The notes under the pieces: model-generated
What the model was told of the DNA's origin: nothing
Databases searched by the model: none
The model's input: only the letters and a program-made list of their open reading frames with translations
Position numbers and translations under genes: made by a program
Assembly (NCBI GenBank): GCA_964421955.1
Contig: CAYQYU010000001.1
Span: 94,210-158,209, forward strand
DNA: 64,000 nucleotides
From: an uncultured archaeon
GTDB lineage: Archaea; Nanohalarchaeota; Nanosalinia; Nanosalinales; Nanosalinaceae
Direction: 5' to 3'
Part shown: piece after piece, positions 38,442 through 47,259 of the stretch
Layout: the number at the start of each line of letters is the position of its first letter
Numbering within the stretch: the stretch's first letter is position 1

Positions 38442-40117
38442 TGGCTGGGACACTTGCGCTTGAACCTTTCGCACTGCTTGTAGTAGTCGCTGCTCTACTC
38501 GGGATTGTATTCCGGAAGCTGAAGCAGCCGACACTCGTAGCATACATCGTTACCGGTCTTGTGCTCGGACCAGTGGGGCTTGCGGTGGTTTCAAAGACCG
38601 GTATAATAGAGACACTTTCAGAGCTCGGCCTGGTTTTCCTTCTCTTCCTCATAGGCCTTGAGATACAGATTGACGAAATAAAACAGATACTCAAACCCGT
38701 GACAGTAATAGCAGTTCTCCAGATGTCCTTGACCGCTTTCGTGGGCTATTTCCTGGCGCAGTTCCTCGGCTTCGGTCTTATGGAGTCTCTGATTATAGCT
38801 GCGGCCTCGATGTTCTCCTCTACCGCGGTCGTTGTGAAGCTGCTCGCGGACAGGGACGAGATCTCGACTTTACCGGGCAAGATCGATATAGGCATACTGT
38901 TGCTTCAAGATCTCGCGGTCGTGATAATACTCACAGTTCTGGGTACAAACGCCGCCACCCCTCTTGAGATAGGATTTAACATAGTAGAGATTGCCGCCGT
39001 GGTCGGAGCCATAGGATCACTGTCCTACCTCTCATCTCTCTACCTTCTGCCCAGGATATTCCGGAAAATATCCGAGAACCAGCACGCCTTCTTCGTCCAC
39101 GGTATCGCCTGGGCCTTCGTACTCATAACAGCTGCATCACAGTTCGGGGTCTCACAGGAGATCGGCGCATTCATCGCGGGCCTGAGTCTCGCACAGATAC
39201 CCTACAGCCAGGAACTACAGGAACGGGTCCGCCCCCTGACAGATTTCCTGATGGCGGTCTTCTTCATAAACATCGGTCTCAGCCTCTCCCCGGGCTCTTT
39301 AGGGATCTACTGGCAGGAAGCCCTTATCGCCTCAGGAGTTCTTGTTGTCTCAAAGTTCGGCATAATAATGGCGCTGGTGGATCGGGCAAAATTCACGCCG
39401 GAAACCTCACTCAGGGCAAGCCTCAACATGAGCCAGATCAGCGAATTCTCCCTGATCCTGGGAGGGGTAGCAGTCGCAGAAGGCCTTGTAGGCCCTGAAA
39501 TCCTGGGTTTCCTGAGCATAGTCGTCATCACAACCATGGGCGCCTCATCGTACCTCATAACGTTCAACTCACAGATCGTTGACAAGGTGGAACATCTGCT
39601 CCGGATACTGGAATCCGATGAGAAAGAGGACGTCGAGATCAGGGATCTCGAGAACCATGCCGTGGTGATCGGCTACGACAGGCTCTCACGGAAAACACTG
39701 CCCGTGCTGAAAGAGTACTTCGACGATGTAATAGTTATAGACCGGGATCCCCGGAACACTTCAGACCTTGCGGCATCAAAATACGAGTATATCTACGGGG
39801 ACTTCAGGCACTCCGAGATCAGGAAGGCCTCGGGAATAAAGGAGGCAGACCTGGTGATATGCCTGGCACCGGATAAATGGGTGAACAGGAAGGCCGCAGA
39901 AGACTCGGGAGATGCCACACTGTTCCTGAAGGCCAGAAACATGGAGGAAGCCGCCGAACTCTACGATCTCGGAGCCCATTATGTCATAGTGAAGAACATT
40001 ATAGCCGGGGAAAAAATGAGCGAGTACCTCCAGCTCTACGCCGAGGACCCCGAACTATTCAGGGAAGAGATAAGCAGAGATCTGGAGTCGATCCACTGGG
40101 GTGGTAACCTTGACTGA
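38441..40117 (+). CDS. Kef-type cation:proton antiporter with TrkA-N/RCK domain
   Basis: LLFLIGLE, FSSTAVVVK, LLLQD, SQISEFS; C-terminal RCK domain. Confidence 0.9.
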   Translation: MAGTLALEPFALLVVVAALLGIVFRKLKQPTLVAYIVTGLVLGPVGLAVVSKTGIIETLSELGLVFLLFLIGLEIQIDEIKQILKPVTVIAVLQMSLTAFVGYFLAQFLGFGLMESLIIAAASMFSSTAVVVKLLADRDEISTLPGKIDIGILLLQDLAVVIILTVLGTNAATPLEIGFNIVEIAAVVGAIGSLSYLSSLYLLPRIFRKISENQHAFFVHGIAWAFVLITAASQFGVSQEIGAFIAGLSLAQIPYSQELQERVRPLTDFLMAVFFINIGLSLSPGSLGIYWQEALIASGVLVVSKFGIIMALVDRAKFTPETSLRASLNMSQISEFSLILGGVAVAEGLVGPEILGFLSIVVITTMGASSYLITFNSQIVDKVEHLLRILESDEKEDVEIRDLENHAVVIGYDRLSRKTLPVLKEYFDDVIVIDRDPRNTSDLAASKYEYIYGDFRHSEIRKASGIKEADLVICLAPDKWVNRKAAEDSGDATLFLKARNMEEAAELYDLGAHYVIVKNIIAGEKMSEYLQLYAEDPELFREEISRDLESIHWGGNLD

Positions 40118-41765
40118 AATCCTCACCCTGCTTACCGCGATCTTCGTGGTTTCCTCAGTGATGATATTCGTGATGGACCGGTTGTCCCACTCTGCGCTCC
40201 CCGCCTACATACTTGCCGGGGTGGTCATAGGAGTCTTTCTCGGGCAGAAAAGCCAGATAATTGGGCTCTCGCAGCTGGGCATAGCATTTCTGGTCTTCAT
40301 ATTCGGACTCAAGACAGAACCGGAGAGGATAAAATCCGTCGCCGGAGAGAGCGTCTCGACCACGGTCATACAGGTTCTGGTTATAGGAGCCACCACCTAT
40401 CTCTTCGCCCAGGGACTGGGGCTGGACCTGCTGAACACTCTTTACCTCGTGATAGCGGCCTCCCTGAGTTCCTCGCTAGTCGGGCTTGAACTCGCAGAGA
40501 AAGAGATCAGGATCGATCTGCTTCACGGGAGGCTCTCGGAATCCATACACCTCACACAGGACCTTATAGCCATAGCCGCAGTACTGGTGCTGTCGTCGGC
40601 AGTTATAACACCTTCCGCAGCGATATCAAACCTTTTCAAGGGAGCGCTCCTGATACTTCTCGCACTGATGGTGCGCTCAACCGCATTCCCGGTAATCTCC
40701 CGGCAGGTGAGCGAGTCAACGGAACTGACAATGTTCGCGGGAATAGCATTCCTCGCCACCTTCATAGGGGCAGCTTCCATACTGGGCATATCCATAGTCG
40801 TGGGTTCTTTCGCGGCCGGGCTCGCCGTAGCACGTTTCCCCTACAACATGGAGCTGCTCGAGAACATGGGATCGCTGAAGGACTTCTTCTCAGCGATCTT
40901 CTTCGTCTCACTCGGGGCGCTGGTAACAGTTCCGAGCATACAGGGGATTATACTCGCGATCTTCCTCATAGGAATCACCGTGGTACTCAAGCCGACCATA
41001 ACCGTTCTGGCGCTCCTGATCAGCGGCTACGACCAGCGGACATCACATCTCACCGCACTGTCGCTCGACCAGGTGAGCGAATTCGGCCTGATAATCGCTA
41101 TACAGGCATTCATAGCGGGCACGATACAGACCGAACTCTTCAACGCCATAGTTCTCGCCGCGGCAGTAACAATGATTACCTCCTCCTACACCAGCAAGAA
41201 CGAGGAACTCATATACCGTATTGTCTCACGGTACAGCACAGTCGATACCAACAGGAAGAAGATCGAAAAATGGACTTCCATGGACGAAGAGCTTAATGAC
41301 CACGTTATACTGATAGGCTACGACACACAGGGCAAGGAAATTGCGGAGGCCCTGAAAAAGGAAGGTCAGGAGTTCGTGATAGTTGAGAACGACCCCGAGA
41401 AGATAATGGAGGCGAAGGAAAAAGAGGAGAACTACATCTTCGGGGACGTCATGGACGAGAAAACATGGGAGATAGCAAAGGCGGAAAAGGCGAAGCTCGC
41501 AGTCTCGACAATACCACGCCACAAGGTATCGATGAAAATACTCGTCAGGGATAAACCAGAACACAAGATACTGAGATCAGGAGAAATAGAAAAGGCGGAA
41601 GATCTCCTGCACAAAGGCGCCCTGTACGTCGAGGTCCCGGACATCGTTGCAGCGGAAGAGCTGCTGGACCACATACGCGGAGTGATGGAGAACACCAACT
41701 ACCGCGAAGAACTCCGGAGAAGAAACCTTTTAGAGATAAGGAGATACCTTCAGTCCGAGGAGTAG
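40101..41765 (+). CDS. second Kef-type cation:proton antiporter with RCK domain
   Basis: LTQD, QVSEFG, HVILIGY..QG, IFGD. Confidence 0.9.
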   Translation: MVTLTEILTLLTAIFVVSSVMIFVMDRLSHSALPAYILAGVVIGVFLGQKSQIIGLSQLGIAFLVFIFGLKTEPERIKSVAGESVSTTVIQVLVIGATTYLFAQGLGLDLLNTLYLVIAASLSSSLVGLELAEKEIRIDLLHGRLSESIHLTQDLIAIAAVLVLSSAVITPSAAISNLFKGALLILLALMVRSTAFPVISRQVSESTELTMFAGIAFLATFIGAASILGISIVVGSFAAGLAVARFPYNMELLENMGSLKDFFSAIFFVSLGALVTVPSIQGIILAIFLIGITVVLKPTITVLALLISGYDQRTSHLTALSLDQVSEFGLIIAIQAFIAGTIQTELFNAIVLAAAVTMITSSYTSKNEELIYRIVSRYSTVDTNRKKIEKWTSMDEELNDHVILIGYDTQGKEIAEALKKEGQEFVIVENDPEKIMEAKEKEENYIFGDVMDEKTWEIAKAEKAKLAVSTIPRHKVSMKILVRDKPEHKILRSGEIEKAEDLLHKGALYVEVPDIVAAEELLDHIRGVMENTNYREELRRRNLLEIRRYLQSEE

Positions 41766-41768
41766 GAG

Positions 41769-42341
41769 ATGACAGAGATACAGGGCGCAGAGGCCACAGT
41801 TGAAATTGACGGAAACGTGATCAAGAAACGGCTGAGAAAGAACTACAGGCACCGCGAACTCGATGGAAGAATCAGGAAGGACAGGACCGGGAAAGAGGCC
41901 AGAATAATGAAAGAGGCACGGAAAAACGGCGCCCGCGTTCCAGAAGTGGAACAGGTCGATGACTACACCCTGGATATAGAGAAGATAGAAGGAGAACAGC
42001 TCAAAGACGTGCTGGAAGACAATATTGATGCGATGAGCGATCTCGGAAGGAACACGGCAAAGTTGCACGGCGCGGACATAATCCACGGAGACCTCACGAC
42101 CAGGAACACCATTCTATCCGACGAAATCTACCTTATCGACTTCGGTCTTGCCTCCCGGTCACAGAGGATAGAGGACCGGGCAGTCGACATACATCTCCTC
42201 AAACAGGTGCTCGAAAGTTCCCATCCGGGAGTCGCAGAGGAGGCATGGAAAAACTTCCGGGAAGGTTACCGGGAATACGAGAAGAGTGAAGAGGTCCTGG
42301 AAAGACTTGAAGAGGTTGAAAAAAGGGGTCGCTACAAGTGA
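41769..42341 (+). CDS. bud32: KEOPS kinase Bud32
   Basis: QGAEA, IIHGDLTTRN, IDFGL, EDRAVD, terminal RGRY. Confidence 0.95.
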   Translation: MTEIQGAEATVEIDGNVIKKRLRKNYRHRELDGRIRKDRTGKEARIMKEARKNGARVPEVEQVDDYTLDIEKIEGEQLKDVLEDNIDAMSDLGRNTAKLHGADIIHGDLTTRNTILSDEIYLIDFGLASRSQRIEDRAVDIHLLKQVLESSHPGVAEEAWKNFREGYREYEKSEEVLERLEEVEKRGRYK

Positions 42342-42342
42342 A

Positions 42343-43158
42343 TCAGTCGGCGACCGAGCGGAAAATTCCGGAGCCGCTGGCGTCGTCGATGTAGATGGTC
42401 ATATCCTCCGGCTCCGACGGGCATTCTCCACGCTCAATCGAATAGGTTCCGGAGACAGTCACGTTCTCGTCAGGTCTCGATCCCACAGTGTCATTCAGTG
42501 ATAATCTCTCCACGGTTCCTCCGCCTATAAGGTCTCGATTCCCGGGACTCATGAACACTGGTCGCGGATTATGCTCTTCTGAAATAGACAGGCAGCCCCT
42601 GAAACTGGGAACATCAACGTTACGGGACAGTAGAAAGTCGTTCCTGATCTCGAATACACCCACCTCGAACTCCACTCCCTCAACCACTTCAACTGTCTCG
42701 TGAAGCTCCAAGCTGTACTCGGGCTGCGGACCCATCACATCGAAAACAACGAGGACTGCCAGAACAGCTATTACACCGCCAAGCAACTTCCGGGCCTGAT
42801 CCTCGTCAAGACCGTAACCCTTCGCACTTCTAGCGTATCCCAGGCCGATAAATATTGCAGAAGATGCCGCGAGAATCAGGAATACCTGCTCACTGCTGAA
42901 CCCGAACCTTGCAAAGATGTAGACCAGAAAGCTGAGGTAGGAAAAGGCGGAGAAAATGTAGAAAGAAGACTTGAGTATACTCTCCCTGACGTACTCCGCG
43001 GTCCCGAGGAACATCGCAGTGCCCGAAAGAAGTATGAAGGACTTGACTGTGGGCGAGAGATCCAGAATCAGCTCGTGACCGAAATATATTATGGCAACAA
43101 CCCCCAGGAAAGCGCCCAGACCGTACAGGAGCTTTGATTCATCAATTTGGAAATCCAT
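42343..43158 (-). CDS. hypothetical membrane protein
   Basis: About 5 N-terminal TM helices and an extracellular C-terminal domain. Confidence 0.75.
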   Translation of the reverse strand: MDFQIDESKLLYGLGAFLGVVAIIYFGHELILDLSPTVKSFILLSGTAMFLGTAEYVRESILKSSFYIFSAFSYLSFLVYIFARFGFSSEQVFLILAASSAIFIGLGYARSAKGYGLDEDQARKLLGGVIAVLAVLVVFDVMGPQPEYSLELHETVEVVEGVEFEVGVFEIRNDFLLSRNVDVPSFRGCLSISEEHNPRPVFMSPGNRDLIGGGTVERLSLNDTVGSRPDENVTVSGTYSIERGECPSEPEDMTIYIDDASGSGIFRSVAD

Positions 43159-43244
43159 GGACACAAAATACCGGCTCTAGTTTAAAATACTCGTGGAATA
43201 TCCTGGGGATGTTTAAAAAAGTTCCTCGCAACCTTGATTCTAGA

Positions 43245-43416
43245 CCGGCAACGTCGGCAAGCTCGAAGCGAAGAACTATCTCTGAGTTATGAGGCCTTCG
43301 CTTCTCGGCGGAACCGGATCAGCAGGTGAACAAAGAATGAGAACCAACTCCAGACTTGCAGTGTACAACTATTTCAAAAACAGGTTTCCAGCGGTAGCTT
43401 ACGGAGGCGGATTCTA
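43245..43416 (+). promoter_or_regulatory. long structured leader of rps15
   Basis: TTTAAAAA at 43212; GAAGCGAAG/CTTCGCTTC stem closed by CCGG/CCGG. Confidence 0.45.
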
Positions 43417-43851
43417 GTGGCACGCATGCACTCGCGCAACCGGGGAAGCTCTGGATCCGACAAGCCAGTATCGAAGAAAGTTCCGCGCTGGGTTGACTAC
43501 GACGAGGAAGAGGTCATCGATCTTGTAGTGAAGCTCCGTGAAAAAGGCCTCGCACCGTCAGAGATTGGGCTCGAACTCCGGGATGAGTACGGAATCCCAT
43601 CAGTCCGGGAACTCACTGGAAAGAAGATAACGGAGATACTGGAGGACGAGGGAGTCAAGCCCGAACTTCCAGAGGACCTGAACAGTCTAGTTGAGAAGGC
43701 GGAATCCATCCAGGAACACCTTAAAGAAAACGAGAACGACGGTCATGCGGAGAGACAGCTGGAGCTGACCGAGGCCAAGATCAGAAGGATTGCGCAGTAT
43801 CATCGCGAGAACGGGAATATCGACGAGGACTGGAAATACGTCCGGGAATAA
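43417..43851 (+). CDS. rps15: 30S ribosomal protein S15 (uS15)
   Basis: MARMH..RGSSGS, PSEIG..LRD.YGIP, LPEDL. Confidence 0.96.
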   Translation: MARMHSRNRGSSGSDKPVSKKVPRWVDYDEEEVIDLVVKLREKGLAPSEIGLELRDEYGIPSVRELTGKKITEILEDEGVKPELPEDLNSLVEKAESIQEHLKENENDGHAERQLELTEAKIRRIAQYHRENGNIDEDWKYVRE

Positions 43852-43921
43852 TTAACTTTTCTCCGGCACTGAACAAAGGCATAAAAGATGAGACAGTTGA
43901 AACATTTTACAGTGATAGCTT

Positions 43922-45283
43922 TTGGTAAAAGACATTCTTGACTCTGCAAAGCCCGCGGCCGAGAAACTTGAGAAATTCGATGGAAAGATACGTCTGATCG
44001 GACAGTACGACGCAGACGGCATATGCGCAACCGCGATCGCCCACGAAATTCTTGAGAGACTCGGCAAAGATTTCGAGTATGAGATACTGAAGCAGCTCTA
44101 CCGGGAAGACGTTGAGAGACTCGCAGAAGAAGATGAGGAACTCCTGCTGTTCGTTGATATAGGATCCGGAAAGTCGGAGGCGATCCAGGAGCTGGTGGTC
44201 GAAGACGCGGGCAAAGAAGTCATAGTCTCAGACCACCACTCGCCCCAGGTAGAAGGAGATTTCATACATCTGAACCCTCACTTCCTTGGTCACGATGGAG
44301 GGGAGGCGATAAGCGCCGCCGGGATGACATACCTTCTCGCGGAGTCTGTAAGCCAGGACAATACGGATCTCGTGCCGCTGGCTCTCATAGGAGCGACGGG
44401 AGATATACAGAAGCAGGACGGAGAGTTCCTGGGACTGAACAGGGATTTACTGGAGCGAGCCGAGAAAAACAACCTTATCGACAGGAGGAAAGGACTTGAT
44501 CTCTACGGTCGTTCAACCAAGCCACTGCACAAGTCACTGATGTATACCTCTGATCCATATCTCGACGGCATATCCAACAACGAATCGGGCGCAATACAGT
44601 TCATACAGAGCTGTGGCGTCGATATAAGAGATAACGGAAGGTTCAAGACACTCGAAGATCTTGACCCTGAGGAAGAGAAGAAGATAATACACGGCCTGAT
44701 CAAGAGAGGTTACGACGTTGAATCACTGCTCCAGGACATCTACGTCCTTGACAACGGCCACGGAATCGACGAGTTCTCCACCATAATAAACGCCTGCGGT
44801 CGACTTGGCGAGCCAGAGAAGGGCGTCAGGATTCTGCTTGACGAGGACCTCAAGCTAGCGGAGAAAATCTCGAAGAAGTACGGCAGGAAAATCTCTTCAT
44901 CGCTCCGTTTCGTGGAAAACAACAGCGATAACGAGGAGTTCATCTACGAAAACGACATAGGCGTTATCGATGCCAGAGACAATATAGACGAGGACTTCAT
45001 AGGCACGGTAACAACAATCACGATGAGCGACGGCTTCTTTTCTTCCCCTGTGGTTGCGGGTCTCGCGCACGCTGAGAAGGATAAAATCAAGGTTTCCTGC
45101 CGGGCCACCAAGGAAGCGGTCGAGACCGGCCTCAACCTCGGAGAAATTATAGAGGAAATCTGCGAGGAAATCGATGGCGAAGGCGGCGGCCACAACGTCG
45201 CGGCAGGCGCAAAAATTCCACGGGAGAAGAAGGAAGAATTCCTAGAACAGCTGGACTCTGGTGTCAGGGAGTTCACGGACTAG
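43922..45283 (+). CDS. RecJ-like DHH/DHHA1 nuclease
   Basis: DADG, DIGSG, SDHH, NACGR, GGGHNVAAGA. Confidence 0.92.
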   Translation: MVKDILDSAKPAAEKLEKFDGKIRLIGQYDADGICATAIAHEILERLGKDFEYEILKQLYREDVERLAEEDEELLLFVDIGSGKSEAIQELVVEDAGKEVIVSDHHSPQVEGDFIHLNPHFLGHDGGEAISAAGMTYLLAESVSQDNTDLVPLALIGATGDIQKQDGEFLGLNRDLLERAEKNNLIDRRKGLDLYGRSTKPLHKSLMYTSDPYLDGISNNESGAIQFIQSCGVDIRDNGRFKTLEDLDPEEEKKIIHGLIKRGYDVESLLQDIYVLDNGHGIDEFSTIINACGRLGEPEKGVRILLDEDLKLAEKISKKYGRKISSSLRFVENNSDNEEFIYENDIGVIDARDNIDEDFIGTVTTITMSDGFFSSPVVAGLAHAEKDKIKVSCRATKEAVETGLNLGEIIEEICEEIDGEGGGHNVAAGAKIPREKKEEFLEQLDSGVREFTD

Positions 45284-45325
45284 AGCATCATACCGTTTAT
45301 AAAGTTTTGACTCGCGATCAGTAGC

Positions 45326-45880
45326 ATGGCCAAGGCTGTTATACAGAAAAACTGGTACGATATCCAGGCTCCGGACATATTCTCCGAGGACAAGATAGGA
45401 GAGACACCGGCGGAGAAAGAGTCGCAGCTAATCGACAGGAGGATCAGCAAAGACCTCACCTCGGTCTTCGATGGTACCGACAAGTACTACGTCGATGTCC
45501 ACTTCAGGGTGACCGATGTCGAAGGCAACAAGGCTTTCACAGAGATTGACGGAATGGAGTGCTCGAAGGAGTTCGTGTCCCGGATGGTCAGAAAGCGCTC
45601 TGACCGCATGGACCTTGTCCACGACACAGAAACCTCGGACGACAGGAAAGTCCGTGTAAAGGTAGTGGGAGCCACGGTAAGCAACACTTCTACAAAGACC
45701 CTCAAGGCCTCCAGAGAAGCAATCAAGGACGCAATCGACGAGAAAGCGTCGGAGCAGAGTTACGAGGAGCTGATGGAGAACATCTTCGCGGACAACCTCC
45801 AGAAAGGTATCAGGGACGCGGCCAACGGCATCTACCCGTTCAGGGAGCTTGAAGTCAGGAAGACAGAGCTTCTGGAATAA
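45326..45880 (+). CDS. rps3ae: 30S ribosomal protein S3ae (eS1)
   Basis: KNWYDIQAP..F, IGETPA, IYPFRELEVRK. Confidence 0.94.
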   Translation: MAKAVIQKNWYDIQAPDIFSEDKIGETPAEKESQLIDRRISKDLTSVFDGTDKYYVDVHFRVTDVEGNKAFTEIDGMECSKEFVSRMVRKRSDRMDLVHDTETSDDRKVRVKVVGATVSNTSTKTLKASREAIKDAIDEKASEQSYEELMENIFADNLQKGIRDAANGIYPFRELEVRKTELLE

Positions 45881-45911
45881 AAATATAAGCCGTCACACTA
45901 ACTTTTTCTCT

Positions 45912-46046
45912 ATGGCCCTGTTCTCCTACTTGGAGAAACTACAGTCAAAGCTAGCCGATGAGCCCTATGATGAGAGCCTTATCGAATACGGTGAGGGGCA
46001 AAGACCGGAAGAGGAACGTTTAGCAACTTTCAGTATTCTTGACTAA
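45912..46046 (+). CDS. putative 44-aa small protein
   Basis: ATG 45912 fills the gap: MALFSYLEKLQSKLADEPYDESLIEYGEG... Confidence 0.4.
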   Translation: MALFSYLEKLQSKLADEPYDESLIEYGEGQRPEEERLATFSILD

Positions 46047-46051
46047 CGATC

Positions 46052-46447
46052 TCAGTGCAGGATGAAGTCCAGGGCGTACATTCCCGGACCGACAAGGTAG
46101 AACATGAAAACCGCTCCAAGGAGAAGTAGATCGACCTCGTAACCGCCTGCAAACTCTTTATCCATCTTGTCAATCGCCACGTATGTTATGACACCCATGA
46201 AAAGAGTCAGCACAAGGGCGGCGACACGGGTGAAAAGACCGAGTGCAAGCATCGTTCCTGCAACCACCTCTACTCCCAGTGCGAGATAGACCAGGAATAT
46301 AGAGTCTGAAAGACCCAAGCTTGAGAAGAACTCTCTAGTGGACTCAGGGTCTTCAATCTTGGGAATCGCATGCGATACGAAAACTGCCCCGACAATTATC
46401 CGGAAGACTGCGAGTCCAAGAGACGTAAGAGCTACAGCACCCATCAT
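46052..46447 (-). CDS. DoxX family membrane protein
   Basis: RIIVGAVFVSHA..K, LGLFTR.AA, GGYE, GPG. Confidence 0.88.
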   Translation of the reverse strand: MMGAVALTSLGLAVFRIIVGAVFVSHAIPKIEDPESTREFFSSLGLSDSIFLVYLALGVEVVAGTMLALGLFTRVAALVLTLFMGVITYVAIDKMDKEFAGGYEVDLLLLGAVFMFYLVGPGMYALDFILH

Positions 46448-46531
46448 AACTACACAGAAATTGTTCAGGCCGGTTTAAAAAGACCACTTTGTCAAATGAG
46501 AGTGAAGACACCCTTCCATATACCACTAGAT

Positions 46532-46689
46532 GCCGGGGTAGCCAAGTCAGGCCAAACTCTCACGAGTTTAGCCACGAACCATCTCCTTCCGGAGAAAGTT
46601 CGAGGCCCAAAGGCTCCAAGAGGACCATAGGCGATGGATTCAAGACCCATTCCCGCAGGGGTTCGCCGGTTCAAATCCGGTCCCCGGCA
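46532..46689 (+). tRNA. tRNA-Leu (CAA) with a 73-nt non-canonical D-loop intron (46556-46628)
   Basis: Removing 46556-46628 yields GCCGGGGTAGCCAAGTCAGGCCAAAGGCGATGGATTCAAGACCCAT...TTCAAATCCGGTCCCCGGCA; BHB-like motif at the junction. Confidence 0.9.
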
Positions 46690-46779
46690 TTATTCTATTC
46701 TTCGGAGGAGAGTAAGAGCACTCAAAAAGTGTTACCTTCAAGATATAACGATTTAAAATTTCCTGTTATGTACTTGACC

Positions 46780-47259
46780 ATGACTCTGCCTCCTTCCAGG
46801 ACTATTGAAGAGTGGAACCATGCAGAAGATACGCTGAGTCCGGAAGAGTTCAAAGACCGATTAGAGGGAGAAGATCCTACTCAGGCATTTATTCGATACG
46901 AAGACGAATCCAGGCTTCAAGCAGGAGAATGGCCGGCAGTAGATGATGAAGACCTTTACGGCGCTGCGGAACTGCTTCCAGAAGAGCAGGAGTACGTGAT
47001 CAAATTCACGGACCAGCTTGTGGAGAAGAAGTTTGAGATAGGCGGCATGTTGTATGACACCCTTCAGTTTGTCAGTAGCGACGAATGGAGTTCTCAACGG
47101 CAACCAGATACTATGGCAGCTGGAGCACTCCGGTTAGCAGAAGACTATTCCCCCGTGGAGATTACACAGAAAGAAATAGCTGAGGTAGCCGACAAGTCAG
47201 CTCAGACCGTTCAAGCCGCCTACAGTGAAGCTATAGAAGAACTAGGAATAGGTCTTTGA
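46780..47259 (+). CDS. truncated TFB-like protein (single C-terminal cyclin fold/HTH)
   Basis: RQPDTMAAGALRLA..ITQKEIAEVADKSAQTVQAAYSE..EELGI resembles the TFB C-terminus. Confidence 0.65.
   Translation: MTLPPSRTIEEWNHAEDTLSPEEFKDRLEGEDPTQAFIRYEDESRLQAGEWPAVDDEDLYGAAELLPEEQEYVIKFTDQLVEKKFEIGGMLYDTLQFVSSDEWSSQRQPDTMAAGALRLAEDYSPVEITQKEIAEVADKSAQTVQAAYSEAIEELGIGL

Noticed and set aside
46489-46779. N-terminal extension of the TFB-like ORF
   Set aside because: It runs through the tRNA-Leu gene; a TATA-like box at 46752 supports the later ATG.
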